Shown here in pieces: positions 35,800 to 46,500 of a stretch of DNA of 64,000 bases (position 1 is its first letter; each line of letters starts with the position of its first letter). The DNA lies in IMG/VR virus record IMGVR_UViG_3300027784_001663; one strand, written 5' to 3'. The translations under genes were made by a program, and so were the position numbers. Source of the stretch: a virus. Below the pieces are notes generated by a model that was not told where the DNA came from, searched no databases, and saw only the letters and a program-made list of their open reading frames with translations.

Positions 35800-37797
35800 T
35801 TATACTTTCAATGCGGAAATTAAATTCCCATCTTTTGGAAATGATTCCCATAATAAAAAATTATTCCTATTTGATCCTGTAGATGACAAAACTATAAAAT
35901 AGCTATCAGAAGAAAAATATGTAATAGAAGGATTAAAATTTTCATTATCCTCTAATATAGAAATATCAAAATTGTACCAATCATCTATTTTTATATTTTC
36001 TAAAGTAGTTTTCCAATCATAAATTGGTAATAAACTATGTGGTTTATGAAAACCACCACTATCTATAGAATCATATATTCTTAAGTGTGTTGTCAGATAT
36101 GGAGATATAGAATATATTGGACCTTCACATCTTGGATTAGATATATTTTTATCTAAATAAAATTTATCTATAGCTACATTCTTATTTTTAATCTTAAATC
36201 CAATTATATGAGGTCTTTTATCAGGAATTATTATATTAGTAGATATCCATTTCCACACATCAATATCTATTGATTGATTTATACTTCTTACAACATGTCC
36301 ATCAATAAGAACATCAATATCAATATCAGATTCTTCTTTAGATAAAACTCTTAACCACAAATAATAATTACCATCACTAATAGCTCTAATAGGATACTCC
36401 AAAACACTATGATTTAAATCAGTACTATCATCAAATATAGAATCTTCAAAAGGAGAAGTTATCATATATCCATTTCCAGTATAAAATTCTAAATCATTAT
36501 TAATAATAATAGAATTATAAGATTTATCTATATTTGAAAAATTAGTTGAATCTATTACAGTTTTATTTATGGAATCAAGCACCCAGTAGTTATCTATATT
36601 CTCTCCTACTCTTTTTAAATATAATGAAACTTTTGAAGGGACAAACTCTCCATCTACTTTAAACTCTTGACCTTGTTTTATAGAAGGATATACATATTCA
36701 TAAACATTTACATAATATATATCATCTTCTTGATCTTTAGAACTTACAATAGATACACTACTGTCTATAGAAACATTTTCCCCTAATCTATCATTTGCAC
36801 CTCCACTATGATAACCTATTAAGGACCAATTATTATATTGATAATAAAAACTAATAATCCCTTTTTCTGAAGATGCAAAAGGAGCAGAAGCTACCATATA
36901 ATTACCATATATACTAACTGATGAACCAAACTTATCATTACTATAATCACTAACATCATATGATGGTCTTATCTTTTTAACCTCTATCCATTTATCATCT
37001 AGAGAAGAATATTTATATACATATACTGCTCCAACATTTTTTTTATCTTCAGAAATATCTGAATCTGGAGCCCCTATAAATAAATACTCATCATATATAC
37101 TAACAGATGCTCCAAAATGATCGCCATCATTTAAATCAGAAGGAGATATTCTTTGTTTTTCATTCCAATTATTTTCTTTTGTAAAAATATAAACAGCCCC
37201 TTTCCCATCAGTCTCTCCTCTTGCCCCTATTACGACAATATCTTTATAACAATCACTTGAACTTCCAAATAAATCACCATTTTCTTGTTGATGAGAAGAA
37301 GGAGATAAAGTATATCTTAAATCCTCATTATCCCAATTATCTATGTCTATATCTTTCTCAAAAACAAATGCAACCCCCCTATCACTATTATTATTAGGAG
37401 CAGTAGAAACAGCTAGTTCATAATTAAAAGATAAAGAAGATCCAAATGAAGATCCTTCTCCAAGCCCAACATCATTCTTACTTATTTCATTAATATAGGA
37501 ACCGCTCTCATTATCAGTCATATCTACTATTCTAATTTTTTCATTATTACTATCTCCTAATAAACAATACTTTTCACTTAAACTTATAAAATTAGGAGAA
37601 AAAATATTATTATCAAATGGACCCTTTGAACTATCTAAAAGCCAAGTCCCATATTCTGGATTTTTACAATACAAATATACATATTGTGTGTATTCTAAAT
37701 TGTCATCAGAAAATAATGAAGCAAGACAATAACCTTCGACATCTGAACTTCTATATACAGACCTTCCTATTTCTTTTTCTCTATCTTTAAATATCAT
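35800..37797 (-). CDS. FG-GAP beta-propeller protein with C-terminal jelly-roll/CBM-like domains
   Basis: Repeats FGSSLS, FGSSSD..VVIGA..GAVYIF, FGASVS..FIGAP..GAVYVY, FGSSVS..VASAP; then GNYYLWLRV...WKWI...AIDKFYL. Confidence 0.75.
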   Translation of the reverse strand: MIFKDREKEIGRSVYRSSDVEGYCLASLFSDDNLEYTQYVYLYCKNPEYGTWLLDSSKGPFDNNIFSPNFISLSEKYCLLGDSNNEKIRIVDMTDNESGSYINEISKNDVGLGEGSSFGSSLSFNYELAVSTAPNNNSDRGVAFVFEKDIDIDNWDNEDLRYTLSPSSHQQENGDLFGSSSDCYKDIVVIGARGETDGKGAVYIFTKENNWNEKQRISPSDLNDGDHFGASVSIYDEYLFIGAPDSDISEDKKNVGAVYVYKYSSLDDKWIEVKKIRPSYDVSDYSNDKFGSSVSIYGNYMVASAPFASSEKGIISFYYQYNNWSLIGYHSGGANDRLGENVSIDSSVSIVSSKDQEDDIYYVNVYEYVYPSIKQGQEFKVDGEFVPSKVSLYLKRVGENIDNYWVLDSINKTVIDSTNFSNIDKSYNSIIINNDLEFYTGNGYMITSPFEDSIFDDSTDLNHSVLEYPIRAISDGNYYLWLRVLSKEESDIDIDVLIDGHVVRSINQSIDIDVWKWISTNIIIPDKRPHIIGFKIKNKNVAIDKFYLDKNISNPRCEGPIYSISPYLTTHLRIYDSIDSGGFHKPHSLLPIYDWKTTLENIKIDDWYNFDISILEDNENFNPSITYFSSDSYFIVLSSTGSNRNNFLLWESFPKDGNLISALKV

Positions 37798-37807
37798 AAA
37801 AAATCCT

Positions 37808-40800
37808 TTATAATGGGAACCCAGTACTTAACTTGATAGGATATTGAAATCCATCTATTTGTAAAAAATCATGTCCAAATAACCAACCATTATTATCAAC
37901 AACTAAACAATTATGCACAGTCTGTAATCCTGAATATTCTCTATAAACAAATTTTCCATTCTCCATTATATAATAAGTCCCATCATCTAAACCTACAATC
38001 ATTTTATTATTAAAAGAATTAATATCATTAACAGATATAATATCAGAACTATTATTAGATATATCTACTAAATATACTCTCGGATTCTCACTATAAAATG
38101 ATTTAGAATCCGTATATAATCCTTGTGCAGTAGCTATATAAAAAACATTACCCATTCTAATAATATTATTTATATGTGGTAAATTGCTAACATCCAATCT
38201 ATTAAAAGTATACCCATTACCAGTCATCAATATTTCTGAATCTACTACAATAAATAATAAATTCGGATTTAACATTATCATAACTGGATATTTAGAATCT
38301 AATACTTTTTCCCAATTTGCTAATTCAGACGATTGATAATACACCCCATCTTCTGCACCACAAACCAGACTTCCATAAATAGAAGATAAATTATAAATCA
38401 CATTAGGCAAACCAGTTCTATCATATATTTTCCAATTTTTATCATTCCATATATTAATATTATTAATATTATCTTTAAAATAAATATTATTTTTTTCTAC
38501 AATATATAATCTATTTTGATGTCTATAAAAATTCTTAATATCAAGTGAACTTGATAAATTACTTAATAAAACCTTATTTATATTCCAAGTATCAATATCA
38601 ATAGAGAAAACTCCTCCCCTACCCCCTATTAACACTTTATTTATTTCATCTAAAAAAATACTTGATGTAACATATGGCAAAGTCATAGTAATATTATCAA
38701 GTGATAAATGTTTTTTGTAATTTATACTAGAATTTAAAGAATCAAACCAATTACTATAATCAGGGATAATAGTATCAGACTGATAACAGGAAGATATTAT
38801 ATTTTTTTGATTTGGATATTGTTTTTCTGTCCATATATTTAAGTTATTTATGTTTACTTGTTGAATTTGCGAAAGTGATGAAGGAAGCCCACTATTAACA
38901 TACTCCATCTTATCTTCTACTTCTCTATGAGTATATTCACCTGTATTTTTAATAATAACATCATAAATATTAATTTTCAACTTATCATATTTATCAAAAT
39001 TTTTATCAAAATATATTATTCCAGAAGCAATATTAACATTAGCGGGTAAATCCTCTTCTCTAAATCCTACTGGATCATTAGGATCAGGAATTCTTTTAAC
39101 TATAGAAGTTTCGATTCTAGGTAATTTAAAATCAATCTCGGTTCCATCTATTTGAATAATTCTATGTTCAGGATAAATATAAGAAAGCATTTTCTCAATA
39201 TCATAATATATCTCTGCTATAAATTTAATAAAATCATCACCAGTTGGAGCATCTTCCGCTATCAAAGTATCTATTTTATTTCTTACTTCTGTATAATAAT
39301 AAAAAGCATCATTATAATGAGATGTCAAATCATTAAATTCAGGGAACTCTAAATTTAAAAATTCTTCAATATCAACCTCTATTTCTAAAGGGGAATAACC
39401 ATATATATTATCATTTAACATAACTGCAAATTTAGTATCATATTTTACATCTGCCCATCCTCCATATCTTACTTGGAAAATATTATATTTATTTACAACA
39501 TCAACACTCTCATCTTCTATCACTACTTCATCAAATACAATATTTTGAGGAGAACTATCATTGTTATTATAATAAAATCCTGTTTTTTGAATTGAACCTG
39601 ATTTAAAAATAGTAGGGATTATAGTATCACCTTGATCAAATTGTAACCATATATCATCAGCGTCTATCCTAAAAATTTTAGATTCAGTTCCTGCAAATAA
39701 AAAATTATCTATAAGATTTAAAGATCTTATAATTAGTTTTTGCTCTTTTATATTAATAGATGACCATGTATCAACAAAATCTATATCTGAACTTTCATAA
39801 ATATTTCCTAATGATTTTTTTACACCTTGATCAGTAGATAAATAAATTACATCACTAAAAATAGACATATCTTCTATTCTACCAAACGAAAAATTTGCTA
39901 TCTTATGAAAAGATAATCCCACTTCACTCTGTCTAAACAAACTATTATCCGTCACTGCAAAAGTATATGAATTTTTTGAATAAAATTTTCTTATTTTAAC
40001 TGGTTCATCAATAAGATATGAAGCATATTCCCAACTTTTTCCCCTATTATAAGAAATTAATAATTCAGAATCAGTAGAAACTATAATACAACCATTTAAA
40101 ATAGATGGATTATCCGCAATACTAGGATTGATTTCTTCTTGAAATAAAATACCATAGGATTGACTACTTCTCAATCCAAATAAAGATAATTGTTCCCATG
40201 TATTCTCAAGATATGGTTTAGATTCGTTAAAACGAAAAACGCCTAAATCTGTAGTTATATATAAATTATTTTCACTATCTTCTATTATGTCTCTAATTAT
40301 ATTTACATATTCAAGCCCATTCATACTTCTCCATTGAGAATAATTCACATCTTCACTTAAATATATAGCCCTATTGGTAATAGCAAAAATTCTATCTTTT
40401 GAATCTTTAAATAATTTATAAACTGGAAATTCAAAACTTTGTTTATGTTCCCATGTGGTTCCATAATTTTTACTAAAAAGAATTCCATCGCTACTGGCAG
40501 CCAATAGCCATTCTGTTCTATGTAAATTAAGAATATCATAAAATGTAATACAATTACCAATTCTATTTCGGTCTTCATCATTATAAGAATTTGCAAGATA
40601 AAAAACATACCCATCATTAGTCCACATCTTTGCTCTAATAGGTTCGAGATCTTCATTAATACGACCATCATGGTTTATTTCAGGCAATTGAGAATAATCT
40701 ATCTTTCCTGAATTAATTTGAGTAGCACTTAATGATTCTATCTTATCTTCTAATAAATCCCCCTTAGTTTCTGACATCCCTATCATCTCTAATATTATAA

Positions 40801-43570
40801 CAGGTTCACTGTCATAAGGAACAGAAGGACAAATGGGTTCAGTATCAATATCTTGCGTAGGAGGTTCTACACAAGTAGTATATAATGGTTCTACAAAAAC
40901 TATTTGATTATTATTTTTATCAATTTCATACCGAATAGGAGAAAATCCCGATTGAGCCATATGTAAAGAGTTAATATCTACAGTCCCATCTTCATCTTCA
41001 AAATATCCAGCTCTTATATCCCCAGATATCCTTAAAACATATTGAGCAGCTCCAGAAATATCCATATCAGTTCTATAGGTTTGATAATCAACAGTCTCCC
41101 AGTTTTCAACTCGTAAATCACCTCTTAACTCTATTCGCCTATCTATATTGTCTCTAAAATGATGAGTATGATCAGCAATATATTTTTGTGTTCTAATACG
41201 CAATGGATCTTCAAAATTATATAAATCAATTACATCTGAATCATCTATTTTAACTATATCATTTTCTAATGAAACTTTACCTACAAAAATACTGTCCATT
41301 GGTACAATTGATGACTCTGTAACAAAAAGTTCTGCTTCGTTTTTATATTTCCTAACCATATAATAATAATTTATATTATCTTCTAACAAAATAGATTCAT
41401 CTACATAACTATTATAATGAGCAGAAAGACTTCCTATCAACTTAAAATTATATTTATTACCTACTGATCTATATATTTCATATCCATCAAAATTACCACC
41501 AGAAATATCCCATTCTATTAAGGCATCATATTTCGCACTTTGTTCATCCTTAACACTAACTTGTAAATTATAAGGAGCGTCTATAAGAGATGATTGTCTA
41601 GGTCTAGCTATAACATAACCTTCCCCAAAAAACTTGTCCTCAACACCAATATCATAAGACTTATTCCCATATATGTTTTCTGCAATTATAAAGTAAGAAT
41701 ATGTTTTCCCATTTTGAGCTGAATAATCTATAAACATATCATTCGTAGCAGATATCTCTGTTATTAAATCAAAATCTGAATCTCTTAAAAACATTTTATC
41801 TTCTGCTCTATAGATATGATAAGACACAATATCATCAGATAAATCCCTATCCCATGTTAAGACGACCTCACTATCTTTAGCAATAACGGATAAATTTGCA
41901 GGAGAATTTGGATATGGATCTTCATCTCCTTTTATAAAATTCTTATTTAAAACATTTTGATCTCCATCGTCACCAAAAACATCAACTGGAACGACAGTTA
42001 CTGTATATCTATAACCTATCTGAAAATAAGAAGAAGGAACAGTGATATTATCAGATTTACCAATATTTTCTTCATTCATATAAAAGGTAACTTCATCTGT
42101 TGATAAATTAGTAATTTTACAAGTAAATTTTAAATGATCAAGATACGGTAAAGATGGGTTATCCCATTCTATTAAAACCTTATTTCCAGATAATCTTTCA
42201 ATAGATAGATCAGTAACTCTAGGTAACACATCATATGTGGGAGTTCTATTAACTCTAATAAAAATACCATTACTTTTATTACCTAAATTATCTACAGTTT
42301 GAATTATCACTAAATATGGAGTATATTCTTTAATAGATTCATATCTCAAATTCCCTTCATCATCTTTAAACGGTAAATATTTTAAAATATGCTGATAATC
42401 ATATAACAATTTATGTTTTCTTCTTATAACTTCCGAAAATCTATTACCATTTTCTATAAAAGTTATATGAAATTCTTCAGGATCTTCATATTTTGTTCCA
42501 CTATCATATGACCATTTTATATTAGTTTCAAACTTAACACCCTGTATATCACTTCTTTCAAAATCTATACTAGCATTAAAAACCTCTCCTGTAGACGCAA
42601 TAGACCTAGGTCTAACTCTTTTAGTAATAGAACTAGATTCTACCCCTGCCATATTAACAGATTGAATATCGACAATATAATCAACAGAATTCTGAAGTCC
42701 ATCAATAAGAGCAGTTGTAGAAGAAAAAGGGTCATCATCATTATTTTGATCTATATAATGAACAACAACTTCTTCACCTGTATCTAAATACCTTACAGTA
42801 ATTTTATATTTATCAACATTTGATGACGGCGAATGATCCCATATAGATTGGAAGCTATTATCTTGAGAAAAAACTTGAAAAAATAAAGGAGGAAGAGGTG
42901 TTCTATAATCAATAGAAGTGGTAATAGATATAGTTGAAGGATCACTTATATTACCAGAAAAATTTACAGATAATACTTGAAAAAAAAATGTTACATTTTC
43001 ACTTAAATTAGTTGCTGTATAGCTATTCTCAATAATTTCTTCTTCTTTATCTATAAACTCTACCTCACCATTATGATCTAAAATAACCTGTCTAACAATA
43101 TAATGACTAAAATCTGGTTCATCGCTCATATCCCATGAAAAAGTAGTTTGATTATAAGAAGTTAATGAAGAAATTTCTGTTAATCCAGAAGGGCTATCAG
43201 GTTTAATGTCATATTCGACACTAATTGTATCCATATTAGAAAAACCACTAATACCACCAGATACTCCAGGCAATTCCTTAAGATAAACATATTTAACTTT
43301 ATTTTCTTCCGCAAAAAAAGATTCTGAACCAAATGTGTGAACTATATTTCTTCCTATTATTCCCATACCAGGAGATAATGAAACAATCTTATCTGCTCCT
43401 TCTGAAATATCTTCCATTTTCCAACCTAATATCCGACCATCCCCTATCATATCAGATAAATAAGCTAGTTGATTATCAATGATAGTAAACCTTCTTCTAT
43501 CACCACTAGCTGAATATATCTCATTTAATCCAAAAACATCTAGTTTATAATGTGGGGTCCTTTGTCTCAT
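37808..43570 (-). CDS. 1920-aa modular putative virion protein: tail-fibre-like head module, FN3 repeats, BNR/Asp-box propellers
   Basis: FN3 motifs (SWD..D..YIV...FFQVLSVN; LTWD...YHIYR...YSYFIIAEN), Asp-boxes SKNYGTTW and SYNRGKSW, HTH-type His motif DHTHH. Confidence 0.65.
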   Translation of the reverse strand: MRQRTPHYKLDVFGLNEIYSASGDRRRFTIIDNQLAYLSDMIGDGRILGWKMEDISEGADKIVSLSPGMGIIGRNIVHTFGSESFFAEENKVKYVYLKELPGVSGGISGFSNMDTISVEYDIKPDSPSGLTEISSLTSYNQTTFSWDMSDEPDFSHYIVRQVILDHNGEVEFIDKEEEIIENSYTATNLSENVTFFFQVLSVNFSGNISDPSTISITTSIDYRTPLPPLFFQVFSQDNSFQSIWDHSPSSNVDKYKITVRYLDTGEEVVVHYIDQNNDDDPFSSTTALIDGLQNSVDYIVDIQSVNMAGVESSSITKRVRPRSIASTGEVFNASIDFERSDIQGVKFETNIKWSYDSGTKYEDPEEFHITFIENGNRFSEVIRRKHKLLYDYQHILKYLPFKDDEGNLRYESIKEYTPYLVIIQTVDNLGNKSNGIFIRVNRTPTYDVLPRVTDLSIERLSGNKVLIEWDNPSLPYLDHLKFTCKITNLSTDEVTFYMNEENIGKSDNITVPSSYFQIGYRYTVTVVPVDVFGDDGDQNVLNKNFIKGDEDPYPNSPANLSVIAKDSEVVLTWDRDLSDDIVSYHIYRAEDKMFLRDSDFDLITEISATNDMFIDYSAQNGKTYSYFIIAENIYGNKSYDIGVEDKFFGEGYVIARPRQSSLIDAPYNLQVSVKDEQSAKYDALIEWDISGGNFDGYEIYRSVGNKYNFKLIGSLSAHYNSYVDESILLEDNINYYYMVRKYKNEAELFVTESSIVPMDSIFVGKVSLENDIVKIDDSDVIDLYNFEDPLRIRTQKYIADHTHHFRDNIDRRIELRGDLRVENWETVDYQTYRTDMDISGAAQYVLRISGDIRAGYFEDEDGTVDINSLHMAQSGFSPIRYEIDKNNNQIVFVEPLYTTCVEPPTQDIDTEPICPSVPYDSEPVIILEMIGMSETKGDLLEDKIESLSATQINSGKIDYSQLPEINHDGRINEDLEPIRAKMWTNDGYVFYLANSYNDEDRNRIGNCITFYDILNLHRTEWLLAASSDGILFSKNYGTTWEHKQSFEFPVYKLFKDSKDRIFAITNRAIYLSEDVNYSQWRSMNGLEYVNIIRDIIEDSENNLYITTDLGVFRFNESKPYLENTWEQLSLFGLRSSQSYGILFQEEINPSIADNPSILNGCIIVSTDSELLISYNRGKSWEYASYLIDEPVKIRKFYSKNSYTFAVTDNSLFRQSEVGLSFHKIANFSFGRIEDMSIFSDVIYLSTDQGVKKSLGNIYESSDIDFVDTWSSINIKEQKLIIRSLNLIDNFLFAGTESKIFRIDADDIWLQFDQGDTIIPTIFKSGSIQKTGFYYNNNDSSPQNIVFDEVVIEDESVDVVNKYNIFQVRYGGWADVKYDTKFAVMLNDNIYGYSPLEIEVDIEEFLNLEFPEFNDLTSHYNDAFYYYTEVRNKIDTLIAEDAPTGDDFIKFIAEIYYDIEKMLSYIYPEHRIIQIDGTEIDFKLPRIETSIVKRIPDPNDPVGFREEDLPANVNIASGIIYFDKNFDKYDKLKINIYDVIIKNTGEYTHREVEDKMEYVNSGLPSSLSQIQQVNINNLNIWTEKQYPNQKNIISSCYQSDTIIPDYSNWFDSLNSSINYKKHLSLDNITMTLPYVTSSIFLDEINKVLIGGRGGVFSIDIDTWNINKVLLSNLSSSLDIKNFYRHQNRLYIVEKNNIYFKDNINNINIWNDKNWKIYDRTGLPNVIYNLSSIYGSLVCGAEDGVYYQSSELANWEKVLDSKYPVMIMLNPNLLFIVVDSEILMTGNGYTFNRLDVSNLPHINNIIRMGNVFYIATAQGLYTDSKSFYSENPRVYLVDISNNSSDIISVNDINSFNNKMIVGLDDGTYYIMENGKFVYREYSGLQTVHNCLVVDNNGWLFGHDFLQIDGFQYPIKLSTGFPL

Positions 43571-43571
43571 A

Positions 43572-46500
43572 TTAATCCAAATTCAATTTTATAAATTGAT
43601 TATTTTCAAGTTCAAACATAATTCCAAAATTCTTTACTATAGGAACATTTGAATAATCACCACAATAAAAGGCATCAGTATCTTCGATTGCTCTTAAATC
43701 ATAACTTTTAGAAATAATTTCTTCTTCTGATTCACTTTCAATAACAGCTATGATAATTAAATAGTAAACCTTTCCATACTCAAAATTAACAATACTATCC
43801 CAGTTAGGATTGCATTCTATATCTACTGTCTCAAGAGCATCTATATCTGTTCCTTCTGCAGGGAAAGCATCCCCATCAACAGTCCATTGCTCTGGATTAT
43901 TCCCACTATATATAGTAGACAATTCATCAGTTCTTTCTGGATTTTTATATATAACAATTTTAAAATTATAATTTTGTGTAATATGATTCTCATTAGTAAA
44001 ATTAAAATTAATCTTATTTAAAAATAAAGTAGAACATCCTAATATAAACAATTCCCCTTCTTCTATCACTTCTATTATTTTTTCTTCCTCTTGATAATAA
44101 TATGATTCTATCTTTACCCAATAACTAGTATCACAAGATATACCAGAAAGCCCAGCAGGAGTAAATAAAACCCTATTAATTTCTCCTTCTTCTATTTCTA
44201 CCCCATTTTCAGATAATAATTGATTATCAATACTAAAACCATCTATACTATTCTCTGAAGATATCGAATGTATTTCATTCTCCATCTCTTCATCTGCATA
44301 AAAAATTATATTAAAAAAGTATTTTTGCGTATCATAAGTATTATTTTCAACATTAAAAGGAATAGTATTAAAATATAAATCTTCACCATATTGACTATAT
44401 TCATACCCCTCCCCAGTTAATTGAGATGTAGGAGTTATAAATTTTATCCCGACCCTAATATTTTCCCCTGTTTGAGTAATATTAAAAACTCTATTCTCAT
44501 CTATTATCTGATAATCAGACCAATCAATAGAATTAGTAGTATTAATTCCAAACACAATTTCAGCAGAAACAGGAATCACTTTTTCACTAGTTAGTATACC
44601 TTTTTTGATATTGCTAGGTAATATAAAATTAGTAGTAAAGAAATGAACTGCCTCGCTAGTAACTGCTTTTATACTTGCTCTATGAAATTCTGGAGTAATA
44701 CCTTTTTTATTACTTATCAATTCAACTTTTAATTGAACATATTGTCCCATAAGAAAAGATATATCAATATTATGAGATTTTTCATTATCAAATGGGCCTA
44801 TCCATTCTTTTCTTACGATATCTTCTTTTGAAGAAGAAGCCCTCATATATACATTTATAGATGTATCGGCATATCTAATTGCTTGCCACGATAATGATTC
44901 CCATTTAATTAAACTATTACCTCCATCAAATACCTCACTTATATAAACTCCTTTTTCTTCTTCAATTTTCTCTGCCGAATAAAAACTATTATTTCCCCCA
45001 AAAGTAAATAATACATTTCCATAACTATCTATTTCTAGAAGTCTATTCTCATTCACATAATCTTTTATTTTTGATATAGATATAGAATCAATAAATGGAT
45101 TATCATCAACAGTTTTTTCAGAATCAATAAATGTTTGATTTCCTGCCCTATCTATTAATGATAAATAAATATTTCTTTCCTGTTCAAGACTAGTAACTTC
45201 TGTTATCCTATTATCTGATATTATAAATATACTATTACTAGTTTTATCAAAAGAAATATCATTAATATCTTCTATATGAGTATATCTCCATATCCACATA
45301 TTATTTTTAGATAGATAATATAAAACTGGACCAACACAGGAATATAAAACAACTTCTCCTTCAGAATCAATAAAAGTTTTAATAGCACTAACTTTACCTG
45401 GCATAGTTTGAAAAGATATATTAAATGCATTTATATCTATAGGAGACCTTTTTATAATTCCCTTATTCATACCACCTATAAATAAAGAAGTTGATTCATT
45501 AACATAAGCCATTTTAGCAGATACTAAAGGTTCTTGCTCACTATGTATAATAAACGCAGCAGGAGCATCAACATCTATTTCATATACGAATCCTGATTGC
45601 CCATCTCCTCCTGTATCTTGCCCTACTACAGCAAATAAATTTTTTGTAATTGAAGAATCATCGTCTGGAATTTCTATATCTGGCATAGATGTCAATTCAT
45701 AAATATCATATCCTAATTCTCCTATAACAGAAGTAAAAGTTTCACCATCATATCTATAAATCTTACCTGATGTCCCATTTCCCTCTAAATTGTTTGTTCC
45801 AGAACCAATATATAATATATTATTTAATATACTAAAACAATGTGCTCTAGACTCCCCAATCTTTTGAGAATCATGATATTTAATTTCAAAATCCTCAGAT
45901 TCATCATATACATACTTATAAATATATATATCTGCTAAATTATTATCATACCCTACTGAAACAATCAAATTGTTATTATATTGAGCTATAAAATCTATAT
46001 AAGCATTTTCCGAATATTTAAATTTTTCTTCCCATATGTCTCCATTCTTTTTATATAAAATAGCTGGTTTACTAGAAGCAGCAAAAAATTCTTCAGTTGA
46101 ACTAAAATATACAATATTTGAACCATATCCTTCTTCTATATTCAATCTTCTAATATTCTCATCTAAAGATAAACCCATATCATGTATATATGAAGTTTTA
46201 TAAGGAACTGGATCTTTCGGATTTTCTCCATCAACAGTAAAATTAGGATAATTAGAAACTATCATACTTTCTATCCCAGATCCTTTATATCCATCAGTCG
46301 CATCATTAATATTCACCTTAACCTTTCCTCTATCTATTTGTTCTATGATATTAATACCTCTTGGTCTATCTTCTCTTTCTTCATAACCTTCATCTAATTC
46401 TGAATTTTTAAATCGAGGAGGAGTTGTATCTAAATGAACTTTATCGAATGGTAAATTTGTATTGACATCATTAACTTTGACTCTATTATAAGTACCTTCT

